From Mycobacterium leprae TN (lineage in GTDB: Bacteria > Actinomycetota > Actinomycetes > Mycobacteriales > Mycobacteriaceae): DNA of 32,000 nt. The stretch spans positions 1,290,001 through 1,322,000 of the forward strand of contig NC_002677.1 of the NCBI RefSeq assembly GCF_000195855.1, read 5' to 3'. Below the pieces are notes generated by a model. That model ran no database searches and was not told the origin of the DNA. It saw nothing but the letters and a program-made list of their open reading frames with translations. This document shows, piece after piece, positions 1 to 9,719 of the stretch. Both the position numbers and the translations under genes were made by a program. Positions within the stretch are counted from its first letter, which is position 1; the number at the start of each line of letters is the position of its first letter.

Positions 1-1377
1 CCGGATGAATTCTTCGGCGTCGGCCATGTGCAGTGCTTCCCACATTTGGTCGTCAGTGATCACCTGCCCGGGGGTCGCGCCGTAGCGTAGGTTGTCGGCG
101 ACGGTGCCGGAGAACAGGTAGCAACGTTGCGGTACCAGCCCGATTACCGACCAGAGCCGTTCGGCGTTGTAGTTACGGACATCAACCTCGTCGACCAGGA
201 CCGCGCCGGCGGTCACGTCATACAGCCGGCAGATTAGCGCCACCAGCGTCGACTTGCCCGAACCGGTGCTACCGACCACTGCTGTCGTGGTACCCGGCAG
301 CGCAGTAAACGAGATATCTTGTAGCGCTGGATGATTGGTTCCAGGATAGGTGAACGTAACGCCGTCCAGGCGCACCACGCCGGTAACTTTACCGCGCGGG
401 ATGTGAGGGCATGGTGGGTTGCCAACGGCGGGGCGGGTGGACAATACTTCGGTGATTCGTTGTGCACACACCGATGCGCGGGGCAACACCACCAATGCCA
501 TGGTCGCCATCAATACCGCCATCAGGATTTGGGTGAAGTAGGTCAGGAAGGCGGCCAGCGAACCGATTTGCATCTGGCCGCTGTCTATGCGCAGCCCGCC
601 GAACCAGATCAACGCGACACTGGACACATTGATAGTCAGCGCGGTGGTTGGCAGCATCAGCGCTTGCCAGTTACCTGCGTTGAGAGCGGCGTTCGAGAGC
701 GCGATATTGGCCCGCTCAAACCTGTTGCGCTCAAAGGATTCACGGGTGAAAGCCCGGATCACTCTGATGCCGGCCAACTGGTCGCGCATTACGCGATTGA
801 TGTCGTCGATCAAACTTTGCATGCTGCGGAAGAGCGGTAGCATATGCGAAATAATCCAGTAGTTCGTTACCGCCAGGATCGGGACGCTGACCAGCAACAG
901 CCAGGTCAGCGCAGCCTCCTGGTAAATAGCCATGACGATGCCGCCGATGCACATGATCGGTGGGGTCACCAGCACGGTGCCGGATATCTGAACCAAGTAC
1001 TGGATCTGCCGGACATCGTTAGTGGTTCGAGTCAACAATGTCGGGGCCCCGAATCGCGCGGTTTCTCGTTCGGAGAACGTGGTGATGTGATCGAACATCG
1101 CCGAGCGCAGGTCACGACCAAAACTCATTCCGGTCCGCGAGCCGAAATAGACCGCTCCGACCGAGCACAACGCCTGCAATCCGGTGACAGCCAGCATCAC
1201 TATGCCGAGCCTGACGATGATTGCGGTGTTGCCTTTGGAGACGCCGTCGTCGATGATTGCCGCGTTGATCGTCGGGAGGTACAGCGATGCCAGGGTGCTG
1301 ACCAGCTGCAGCACCATTAGCACCGCGACTAGTCGGCGGTACGGTCGGATGTACTGACGCAGCAGTGCCAGGAGCAT
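1..1377 (-). CDS. ABC transporter permease/ATP-binding protein (Rv1273c-like), C-terminus truncated by window start
   Basis: Not in the ORF track because it runs off the edge. I translated the minus strand from ATG at 1377: MLLALLRQYIRPYRRLVAVLMVLQLV..., with Walker A (VGSTGSGKSTLV) and ...GQVITDDQMWEALHMADAEEFIR at the edge. Start and edge are in the same reading frame, so no net frameshift. Confidence 0.88.
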   Translation of the reverse strand, partial: MLLALLRQYIRPYRRLVAVLMVLQLVSTLASLYLPTINAAIIDDGVSKGNTAIIVRLGIVMLAVTGLQALCSVGAVYFGSRTGMSFGRDLRSAMFDHITTFSERETARFGAPTLLTRTTNDVRQIQYLVQISGTVLVTPPIMCIGGIVMAIYQEAALTWLLLVSVPILAVTNYWIISHMLPLFRSMQSLIDDINRVMRDQLAGIRVIRAFTRESFERNRFERANIALSNAALNAGNWQALMLPTTALTINVSSVALIWFGGLRIDSGQMQIGSLAAFLTYFTQILMAVLMATMALVVLPRASVCAQRITEVLSTRPAVGNPPCPHIPRGKVTGVVRLDGVTFTYPGTNHPALQDISFTALPGTTTAVVGSTGSGKSTLVALICRLYDVTAGAVLVDEVDVRNYNAERLWSVIGLVPQRCYLFSGTVADNLRYGATPGQVITDDQMWEALHMADAEEFIR

Positions 1378-1562
1378 TTGGTAACTGTCGCACATGACAC
1401 GCGTTCGAGTCGCCACCGCCGCCAGATGGTTCGGTGCTGACGACGCCGTTGCGAAGGAGATGGAAATGCCTGATCAGGTGGTGTGTCGGTGGTTGACTCG
1501 CTGGGCTGACGTTACAGTGCATCCTGTGGACCAGCAGCAGGCTCAGCAAGAGGGCAGCCGCA

Positions 1563-2129
1563 GTGCGATGTGACGTGAGGGCGTTGGCCCTGGCGGCTCG
1601 GGGGTTGATAGAGCTGATGATTGTGATTCCGATGGTTGCGGGGTGCTCCAATGCAGGCTCTAACAAGTCGGTCGGGACGATATCGTCGACGCCTGGGAAT
1701 ACGGAGGGCCATCATGGCCCAATGTTCCCGCGATGCGGGGGTATCAGCGATCAGACGATGTCGCAGCTAACGAAGGTTACCGGGTTGACGAACACCGCCC
1801 GGAATTCGGTGGGTTGCCAGTGGCTGGCCGGTGGCGGTATCGTTGGCCCGCACTTTTCGTTTTCATGGTATCGCGGCAGCCCGATTGGGCGTGAACGCAA
1901 GACCGAGGAGCTGTCACGGGCGAGCGTTGACGATATCAATATCAACGGCCACAGCGGTTTCATAGCGGTCGGAAACGAGCCCAGCTTGGGCGATTCGCTC
2001 TGCGAAGTTGGAATCCAGTTCCAGGATGACTTCATCGAATGGTCGGTCAGTTTCAGCCAAAAGCCATTCCCGTCGCCATGCGGCATCGCTAAGGAACTGA
2101 CTCGCCAGTCGATTGCTAACTCGAAATGA
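1563..2129 (+). CDS. lprB: Probable lipoprotein LprB (Rv1274 orthologue)
   Basis: Intact 188-aa ORF with lipobox-like VAGC near the N-terminus; matches recalled LprB over ...SDQT...LTKVTGL...NSVGCQWLAGGGIVGPHFSFSWYRGSPIGRERKTEELSRASV... Confidence 0.85.
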   Translation: MRCDVRALALAARGLIELMIVIPMVAGCSNAGSNKSVGTISSTPGNTEGHHGPMFPRCGGISDQTMSQLTKVTGLTNTARNSVGCQWLAGGGIVGPHFSFSWYRGSPIGRERKTEELSRASVDDININGHSGFIAVGNEPSLGDSLCEVGIQFQDDFIEWSVSFSQKPFPSPCGIAKELTRQSIANSK

Positions 2130-2701
2130 TGGAGCGGATGCGTCTCAGCGTGCGGGGTAGGCGAAGCGTTTTTGCCGGTGTCGCTGTGCTGGTTAGTGCG
2201 GCGCTGGTCGTGACCGGTTGTTCCAGGTCAATTGGAGGTACGGCGGTCAAAGCGGGCTCCCATGACGTCCCACGCAACAATAATTCCCAGCAGCAATACC
2301 CGAACCTACTCAAGGAGTGCGAGGTGCTGACCACCGACATCCTAGCTAAGACGGTGGGTGCTGATTCGCTTGACATTCAGAGTACGTTTGTCGGCGCCAT
2401 CTGCCGATGGCAGGCAGCCAATCCGGCGAGTCTGATCGACATCACCCGGTTTTGGTTCGAACAGGGCAGCCTCGCCAACGAGCGCAAGGTGGCTGACTTC
2501 TTGAAGTACAAGGTTGAGAACCGTTCGATCGCGGGTGTGGATTCGATTGTGATGCGCCCGGATGACCCGAATGGTGCGTGCGGTGTCGCCAGCGATGCGG
2601 CGGGAGTGGTCGGTTGGTGGATCAATCCTCAGGCATCCGGTATTGATGCCTGTGGGCAGGCCATCAAGCTTATGGAGTTAACGCTGGCTACCAACTCCTA
2701 A
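2126..2701 (+). CDS. lprC: Probable lipoprotein LprC (Rv1275 orthologue); start may be 2138
   Basis: Intact ORF, lipobox LVVTGC, 4-nt overlap with lprB; matches recalled LprC (NLLKECEVLTTDILAKTVGADSLDIQSTFVGAICRWQAANP...). Confidence 0.85.
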   Translation: MMERMRLSVRGRRSVFAGVAVLVSAALVVTGCSRSIGGTAVKAGSHDVPRNNNSQQQYPNLLKECEVLTTDILAKTVGADSLDIQSTFVGAICRWQAANPASLIDITRFWFEQGSLANERKVADFLKYKVENRSIAGVDSIVMRPDDPNGACGVASDAAGVVGWWINPQASGIDACGQAIKLMELTLATNS

Positions 2702-2708
2702 ACTAAGT

Positions 2709-3245
2709 TCAGCGCGGTACGTGGAAGGCGACCAGCTCTGCACTCTCTAGTTCGAGGTGTTGCCAGCGACCAGCTACATTGAGCACTGCGATCCCTGACG
2801 TCGGGAATTTCGTCGAAATGCGTTGGGCGGCGTCATTGTTGGTCCCCGAGCCGGTCAGGGCGAGCGCTACGGCAGATATCGTTGGTTCATGGCTGACGAT
2901 GAGTGACGTGGTGACCTCGTCGCTAATCGCCTTGATCTCCTTGATCACTGTGTCTGGGTCGGCCCTGTAGAGTCGCTCGGTGTAGCGTACTGGGGCCTCG
3001 ATGCCGCTGTGTGTCAAGGTCTCCCGGGCGCGCATAGCCGTTGAACACAGCACTTTTTCTATAGCAGGCACGTTGGTGCGAAGCCAACCACCTGCCAGGC
3101 TAGCTTCCCTGACCCCGCGGGGTGCTAGCCTCCGGTCATGGTCGGCTATGTGGTCTGGGAAACCCCGTGGGTACGACGACTTCGCATGCCGCATCAACAC
3201 CAGACAGCGGTATTCGTCCTTCATCCAGCTCACGTTACTCATCAC
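2709..3245 (-). CDS. SixA-like phosphohistidine phosphatase / histidine phosphatase family (Rv1276c-like)
   Basis: Intact ORF, RHG-type motif LVLMRHAKSSYP, LCSTAMRARETL, and second catalytic His in LIVSHEPT. Confidence 0.85.
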   Translation of the reverse strand: MMSNVSWMKDEYRCLVLMRHAKSSYPRGFPDHIADHDRRLAPRGVREASLAGGWLRTNVPAIEKVLCSTAMRARETLTHSGIEAPVRYTERLYRADPDTVIKEIKAISDEVTTSLIVSHEPTISAVALALTGSGTNNDAAQRISTKFPTSGIAVLNVAGRWQHLELESAELVAFHVPR

Positions 3246-3287
3246 GGAAGTGGGATTCGCTATGCTGTGTTGTCGTTTCCGTCGTGC

Positions 3288-4545
3288 AGGAGTTTTCGGG
3301 GTGTCAGAAGGTGTTGGTTTTGGGTTGGTCGTGGTCTAAGTGGGGGGTGGGATTCATTGGATTGGGTGTTGCTGTTGGTGTGTTTTCGTGTGGTTCAGCC
3401 GCTGGGTTTGGGAGGTGGTGTTGGGGGCCGCGGCCAAACGGTCAGGTTGTTGATGTTGGTGGTGCGGTAGGTGGTTGTAAGCGGTGATGTGGTGAACTTC
3501 CCAGTAGTAGTAGTAGTCGGGTACGGTGTATCCCGGCGCGGTGCAGTCACGGTCCTTGGCGTACAACAGCGATTCGATGTGCCGGGGGCTAGTCGCTTGG
3601 TGTGGTAGATCGCCAGGGCTTTAGGTCTTTATTGAATGATGGCGGGCCTGCTGTGTCAGGTGTATCACGTTACTCATGGGTAAGCTGCTGCCGCAGCCGG
3701 TGAGTACCTTGTCGGCGGTGTCCTCCAGCTCACTCAGTGTCGTTGTGACGATGATGGATTCCGGTAGCATGTTGTGCTGGAGCAATTTTTCCGACTCCAG
3801 CGGGGCGTGCAACGCGGTATCGATCCCATCATGATTATGATGCGTGGGGTCTCGGGTGTTTTTGTTGATGTCCTGTTTAGCGGTGGTGGCCAGTTTGGGT
3901 AGCACCGCTTCATAAAGTGGTGCGTAATTCGGGGGTGGTCACGCCGCGCAGCGCCGATATGCTGTTGGCTTCTTGCTTGTCCAAGGTTAGTTAGCGTCGC
4001 CGTGCGCGGTCGTTGTTGCTATAGGTGCCATCTGGGTTGAGGCAGTCGGCCAGCTCGGCCAGTTGTTCGGGACGAAAATCGTTGTCTTGCTTGTCCTTAT
4101 TGATTTCAATACCCTACAATGGGTCGTTCTGTCCGCTCAGCCGGGCAGTTGGTGGCACATGGGTGGGATCATCGCGACTTGGATACTGCCGAGCCGTCTG
4201 GCGCGCTGCGCTGTGGCTGTGGTGGCCAGTGCGGGTGTCAGCGCTTCGCCGATGATTGGCGGCCTACCGGATACGTCGGCACGCTTCGGCACCGCTGATC
4301 AGTGTCTACTTGTCGATCGCGTGCGAGAGCGTGCTGTCCAGCTCTTCGGGGGTGGCTTGGTGGGCAATGAAATTGATCAGTGGATGCCGCACTGCGGGCA
4401 ACCGACGGCGCACGCGCTAGCAACGCTCCAACAACGTCAACCGTTCCGGTCTGGTCAACGCGTCGACGTCCAGCGCAGTCGCCCTGTCCAACGCATCAAA
4501 CGCAGCTGTGATCGCTTTCCAGTTAACAACCGCACCGATCTCATA
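3288..4545 (-). pseudogene. Decayed 13E12-repeat family (REP13E12) HNH-domain protein gene
   Basis: Minus-strand fragments in changing frames: LDVDALTRPERLTLLERC*RVRRRLPAVRHPLINFIA (4.4-4.5 kb, stop TAG at 4417-4419); FRPEQLAELADCLNPDGTYSNNDRARRR (about 4.0 kb); MLPESIIVTTTLSELEDTADKVLTGCGSSLPMSNVIHL (3.7 kb); MYAKDRDCTAPGYTVPDYYYYWEVHHITAY (HNH part, 3.5 kb); PHLDHDQPKTNTF*HPENSC (3.3 kb). Confidence 0.88.
3503..3517. repeat. (AGT)5 trinucleotide microsatellite
   Basis: Direct read: cc-agtagtagtagtagt-cgg; it encodes YYYY(W) within the HNH pseudogene on the minus strand. Confidence 0.95.
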
Positions 4546-4762
4546 GTTGCAAAACTAATGGAGCGCACTGACAGAAAATACCCATAGAAAACTATAGTGA
4601 CACAAGTGATCTCGGTGACTGCAGTGGCTTGTTGCGGTGAATCGCAGCCGCCCGCCGCGCAGAGCACACCCAACCTGCCGGGTGAGGTCCCGCGACTTGC
4701 CAGGGTGGCACCTTAGACTCACGTTGTTTTTACAGCTACGCAAATTGCTCAGGGGAGACGGA

Positions 4763-5914
4763 ATGCGATTCCTGCACACCGCCGACTGGCAGCTCGGCAT
4801 GACTCGGCACTTCCTTGCCGGTGATGCCCAACCGCGGTACTCGGCGGCCCGCCGCGACGCGGTGGCCGGGCTCGGTGCGTTGGCTGCGGAAGTAGGTGCC
4901 GAGTTTGTCGTGGTGGCTGGTGACGTCTTCGAACACAACCAACTCGCGCCGCAGGTGGTCAGCCAATCATTGGAGGCCATACGCGCCATCGGTATTCCGG
5001 TTTACCTGCTGCCAGGCAACCACGATCCGCTGGACGCGTCGTCGGTGTACACCAGCGCGCTGTTTACCGCCGAATGCCCGGATAACATCAATGTGCTTGA
5101 CCGGGCCGGTGTCCATCAGGTTCGGCCCGGACTCGAGATCGTCGCTGCGCCATGGCGGTCCAAGGCCCCGACCACGGACCTGGTCGCCGAGATGTTGGGG
5201 GGATTGACGGCGGACATCGTCACGCGCGTGCTCGTTGCTCACGGCAGTATCGACGTGTTTGACCCGGATCGCGACAAACCCTCCCTGATCCGACTCGCTG
5301 GGATCGACGATGCGCTGGCCGGCGGCGCGGTGCACTACGTGGCCCTAGGAGACAGGCATTCGCTCACCCAGGTCGGCAGCAGTGGTCGGGTGTGGTACTC
5401 CGGCTCCCCGGAAGTCACCAACTTTGACGACATCGAATCCAACTCTGGCCATGTCCTGGTCGTCGAGATCGATGAAAATGACCCGCGCCGCCCCGTCACC
5501 GTGACGGCCCGACATGTCGGTCATTGGCGGTTTTTCACATTGCATTGGCAGGTGGATAACGGCCGGGACATCGCGGATCTTGACATGAATCTAGATCAGA
5601 TGATGGACAAGGACCGCAGTGTGGTAAGGCTCGCCCTGACCGGTTCGCTCACGATAACCGACCGCGCCGTGTTGGATGCTTGCCTGGACAGATATGCACG
5701 GCTATTCGCGTGGCTAGGTCTCTGGGAACGCCGCAGTGACTTAGCGGTGATACCCGCTGACGGCGAATTTACTGACATCGGCATCGGCGGGTTTGCGGCT
5801 GCCGCCGTCGACGAGCTGGTCGCTACCGCACGTGAAGGCGACACTGAATCGGCTATCGATGCCCAGGCGGCGCTGGCACTACTGTTGCGGCTCGCTGATC
5901 GGGGAGTGGCATGA
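4763..5914 (+). CDS. SbcD-like metallophosphoesterase / DNA-repair exonuclease family (Rv1277-like)
   Basis: MRFLHTADWQLGMTRHF...VVAGDVFEHN...LLPGNHDPLD metallophosphoesterase motifs. Start placed at ATG 4763 behind a purine-rich AGGGGAGACGG; the track ORF starts upstream at 4637. Confidence 0.88.
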   Translation: MRFLHTADWQLGMTRHFLAGDAQPRYSAARRDAVAGLGALAAEVGAEFVVVAGDVFEHNQLAPQVVSQSLEAIRAIGIPVYLLPGNHDPLDASSVYTSALFTAECPDNINVLDRAGVHQVRPGLEIVAAPWRSKAPTTDLVAEMLGGLTADIVTRVLVAHGSIDVFDPDRDKPSLIRLAGIDDALAGGAVHYVALGDRHSLTQVGSSGRVWYSGSPEVTNFDDIESNSGHVLVVEIDENDPRRPVTVTARHVGHWRFFTLHWQVDNGRDIADLDMNLDQMMDKDRSVVRLALTGSLTITDRAVLDACLDRYARLFAWLGLWERRSDLAVIPADGEFTDIGIGGFAAAAVDELVATAREGDTESAIDAQAALALLLRLADRGVA

Positions 5915-8532
5915 AGCTGCATCGGCTGGCGTTGACGAATTACCGTGGTACCGCGCGCCGGGAGATTGAGTTTCCCGACCGCGGTGTGATTTTGGTGTGT
6001 GGAGCCAACGAGATTGGCAAGTCATCGATGATCGAAGCGTTAGACCTGTTACTGGAATTTCGGGACCGGTCGACGAAAAAGGAAGTCAAGCAAGTCAAGC
6101 CGGCTAACGCCGATATTGGCTCCGAGGTTTGCGCCGAAATTAGCAGCGGCACTTATCGCTTCGTCTATCGTAAGCGTTTTAATAAAAAATGCGAGACGGC
6201 ATTGACGGTACTGGCACCGCACCGCGAACAACTAACCGGCGACGAAGCGCACGAGCGGGTCCGGGCGATGTTGGCTGAGACGGTCGACAACGATTTGTGG
6301 CATGCCCAACGGGTGCTGCAGGCGGCGTCGACCGCCGCGGTGGATCTGTCTGGCTGTGATGCGCTGTCACGTGCGCTTGACCTCGCCGCAGGTGACCACG
6401 CCGAGTTGTCCGGCACCGAGCCATTGCTTATCGAACGGATCGAAGCCGAGTATCGGCGCTACTTCACTTCGACCGGACGTCCTACCGGGGAGTGGGCTGT
6501 CGCGATTTCCCGACTATCCGACGCTGAGACTGCGGTGGGGGAGTGTGCCGCAGCGGTCGCCGAGGTTGACGACCGGGTGCGTCGTCATGCCGTTCTAACT
6601 GAACGTGTAGCCGGACTGGCGCAACAACGGTTCGCTGCTGGACCTCGGTTGGCCGTTGCTCAGGCCGCTGCCGACAAAGTCGCAGTTCTCACCCGCCAAG
6701 CGCGTGAAGCTGAGCTAGTTGCAGCAGCAGCAACCGCAACGAATGCCGCAGCAGTAGCTGCTCATACTTCGCGGCTGCGGCTGCTCGCCGAAATCGACAC
6801 TCGCGCTGTCGTTCTTGCTGCCACTCAGGACGAAGCTCAAGAAGCCGTCGACGCGGTGTCGACGATGCGTGCTGATGCTGAGGCGTCTGATGCAGCAGTC
6901 GAGGAGTCTACTGAGGCCCTGATGGCTGCCCAACAGCGCGCTGATATCGCCCGGAGCACTGTCGACCAGCTCGTTGACCGTCAGGAGGCGGATCGGTTGA
7001 GCACCCGGCTGGCCAAAATCGACGCCATCCAGGGTGAGCGCGACCTAATCTGCGCCGAGTTATCTGCGGTCACGTTGACCGAGCAGTTATTGCAGCGTAT
7101 TGAAAATGCCGCAGCCATAGTGGATCGCACTGGTGAACAGCTGAAGTTGATCTCGGCGGCGGTGGAATTCACAGCCACCGCTGACATTGAAATCAGCGTT
7201 GGTCAGCAACGAGTGTCTTTGGAGGCAGGACAAAGCTGGTCGACAACAGCCACCGGACCCACCGAAGTCGAGGTTCTCGGTGTTCTGACTGCTTGCGTGA
7301 TACCTGGTGCTACAGCACTCGATGCTCAGTCCAAATACGTTGCAGCACAAGAAGAGCTATCCGTAGCTCTGGCTGACGGTGGTGTCGTTGATCTTGCTGC
7401 AGCGCGATGCGCCAACCAGCGGCGCCGTGAATTGCAAAGTAGCCTTGATCAGTTGAGTGCTGCTCTGGCCGGCGTGTGTGGTGATGATCAGATCGACCAA
7501 TTGCGGGCACGGCTGGAGCAGTTACGTGACGGTTACCCTGGTGAACCTGATCTCTTAGCGGTGGACATCGGTTCTGCCCGTGCCGAACTCGAAGCGGCCG
7601 AGACGGTTCGTGCGGCCGTCGACTTTGAACGCGAGGTTTGTCGTCGTACCGCAGCGGCTGCAAATTGCCGTCTTGTCGAAACATCAGCTCGGGCAAATTT
7701 TTTATTGAAAAAAGCGGAAACTCAACGAGCCGAACTCGATCAGGACATCGACCAGTTGGCCCAGCAGCGGGCGTCAGTCAGCGATGAAGACCTGGCGTCG
7801 GCTGCGGAAGCCGGGCTGCGGGCGGTGCAAATAGCAGAGCAACGGGTCGCCAAGCTGACTGAGGAGTTGGTCGCCGCGGAACCGGAAGCGGTGACCGCCG
7901 AATTGGTGGCTGCCACTGCGGCAGCCGAGTCGTTGCGTGATCAACACGAAGATGCTGCTGGCGCATTGCGTGAGATCAGCATCGAACTCTCGGTCTTCGG
8001 TACTGAGGGGAGGCAAGGCAAGCTCGACACCGCCGAGGCGGAGCGTGAACACGCGATCAGCCAGCACACGCAGATCGGCCGTCGAGCGCGGGCCGCACAG
8101 TTGCTGCGTTCGGTAATGGCACGCCACCGTGACACCACACGGCTGCGTTACGTCGAGCCTTACCGCACAGAATTGCAACGGCTGGGCCGACCGGTGTTTG
8201 GGCCCACTTTCGAGGTCGACATCGACAGTGACTTGCGGATCCGCAGCCGCACCCTTGACGGCATTACGGTGCCTTTCGAGTCCCTGTCAGGCGGCGCCAA
8301 AGAGCAACTCGGCATCCTGGCGCGGTTCGCCGGCGCCACCTTAGTTGCCAAGGAAGATAACGTTCCGGTGGTGGTCGACGATGCGCTGGGATTCACCGAT
8401 CCGGACCGGTTGGCCAAGATGGGGGAGATGTTTGACACCGTGGGTGCACACGGACAGGTGATCGTGCTGACATGTAGTCCCGACCGATACGATGGCTTCA
8501 CGGGAGCGCACCGTATCGATCTCAACGTTTAA
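5911..8532 (+). CDS. SbcC-like AAA/SMC-type ATPase (Rv1278-like)
   Basis: Intact 873-aa ORF; Walker A CGANEIGKSSMIEAL, long Ala/Glu/Gln-rich coiled-coil-like centre, C-terminal FESLSGGAKEQLGILARFA signature and VPVVVDDALGFTDPDR Walker B; 4-nt ATGA overlap with the upstream gene. Confidence 0.9.
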   Translation: MKLHRLALTNYRGTARREIEFPDRGVILVCGANEIGKSSMIEALDLLLEFRDRSTKKEVKQVKPANADIGSEVCAEISSGTYRFVYRKRFNKKCETALTVLAPHREQLTGDEAHERVRAMLAETVDNDLWHAQRVLQAASTAAVDLSGCDALSRALDLAAGDHAELSGTEPLLIERIEAEYRRYFTSTGRPTGEWAVAISRLSDAETAVGECAAAVAEVDDRVRRHAVLTERVAGLAQQRFAAGPRLAVAQAAADKVAVLTRQAREAELVAAAATATNAAAVAAHTSRLRLLAEIDTRAVVLAATQDEAQEAVDAVSTMRADAEASDAAVEESTEALMAAQQRADIARSTVDQLVDRQEADRLSTRLAKIDAIQGERDLICAELSAVTLTEQLLQRIENAAAIVDRTGEQLKLISAAVEFTATADIEISVGQQRVSLEAGQSWSTTATGPTEVEVLGVLTACVIPGATALDAQSKYVAAQEELSVALADGGVVDLAAARCANQRRRELQSSLDQLSAALAGVCGDDQIDQLRARLEQLRDGYPGEPDLLAVDIGSARAELEAAETVRAAVDFEREVCRRTAAAANCRLVETSARANFLLKKAETQRAELDQDIDQLAQQRASVSDEDLASAAEAGLRAVQIAEQRVAKLTEELVAAEPEAVTAELVAATAAAESLRDQHEDAAGALREISIELSVFGTEGRQGKLDTAEAEREHAISQHTQIGRRARAAQLLRSVMARHRDTTRLRYVEPYRTELQRLGRPVFGPTFEVDIDSDLRIRSRTLDGITVPFESLSGGAKEQLGILARFAGATLVAKEDNVPVVVDDALGFTDPDRLAKMGEMFDTVGAHGQVIVLTCSPDRYDGFTGAHRIDLNV

Positions 8533-9719
8533 CTGTTCAGCACCGCTCCGCTCAGCTTACCTCTGCTCAGAAGATGGTGGACGATCTCTGCAGAATAGGA
8601 CCAATGGTGGTCCGACCTCGATAAGGATGAACGCCAAGCGCCGGATGCGCGAAAAGCTAGCAGGACTGCCCGGCGAGATCGGTGCGTCGGCCGATCTCGT
8701 CGGGCAGTGCCGAAGGGTTTGATCTGCACTACGTGCGCACCAGCTGCAAGTTTGCGTACCCGCTGGTAATCATCCCGGGAGGGGCGTATACAAAGGGACA
8801 AAGGGCAGTGGTGTCGGGACGCCGCTGTCGGTATCGATGTCATCATGATCGAACCACCGTGGGTGTAGGGATGTTACGCCACGACGACTTTGGGGGCTGA
8901 CCTACTGCCCCAAGTACTCACCGTCAATCAGGTCGTCGACTATGTTGCCGCGGTGCTTGATGACGCCCAGGTGAACTTGGCTGTCATCTACAGCACCTAT
9001 ACCGCGGCGGGATTTGGTATCCGTTATTTTGGCAAGGTGCCCGCGATGATCTTCGATTCGCCGTTATCGTTATTGTCGTGGGGTGATATCGTGGTGGTGC
9101 GCGATGCCACTCCTTACGGCAGGGTTTCTCTGCTCGATGGCTAGCTCGACCTGTTGCTCAGTGGTCCAATTATTGTGGCAGCTACTGTCCTGGTTTGTCA
9201 CGGTTGCTAACCGCACGGTACCATACCATTACGAAATCGACTTGGTTAACCGCATCGCATTCCGCGATCTCGATTACGCCGTTGAACCTGATAGCTTTCT
9301 GCTAGAATTTGCCGCAGCGATACGTGAAAAAGCTACCAACGTGGCTGCTTTTGAGGACGAGCTGTGTAACTTGGTGACCGAATTGCCGAAATTCGTTTGG
9401 CCGACGATGGTTGTTTTCCGATGGCCGTCATTTCGTCACACCACATGCGGTGGCCAAGGTGTGTCGTGTCGCTGTTGCCGAATGCAGTGCTGTTGGCGCT
9501 CTCGACTATCGCACATAGTGTGTCGGACTTTCGTGTACCCGCGGCACTTGTCCATCGCCGACGGGGTATGACGTGGCGAATTCAACGGCTTGGCCAGCCA
9601 GTCGGCGACGCTGGATGTGTTCCCGACGTGTCCGGTCGTGCGGTTGCTGTGGAAGGTGATCGACCTGGCTGCCGCAGTTGAGGGTGCTCTGCCGGCGATA
9701 ATGTCGCTGCGCAGCCGCC

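Noticed and set aside
331-1320. Plus-strand ORFs 331..840 and 844..1320 (169 and 158 aa)
   Set aside because: Antisense to the continuous ABC transporter frame; composition is typical of GC-rich shadow ORFs.
1112-1666. Minus-strand ORF of 184 aa
   Set aside because: Overlaps the ABC transporter coding frame in a different frame and lprB on the other strand; no recognisable motif.
2709-3245. SixA-like gene as a pseudogene
   Set aside because: Active-site RHG-type motif and second His are retained and the frame is intact, so it was kept as a CDS. The first few residues may be non-native.
5596-5922. Antisense ORFs over the SbcD/SbcC-like genes (also 4896..5207, 4967..5335 and 6049..6431)
   Set aside because: Shadow ORFs opposite well-supported genes; no independent evidence.
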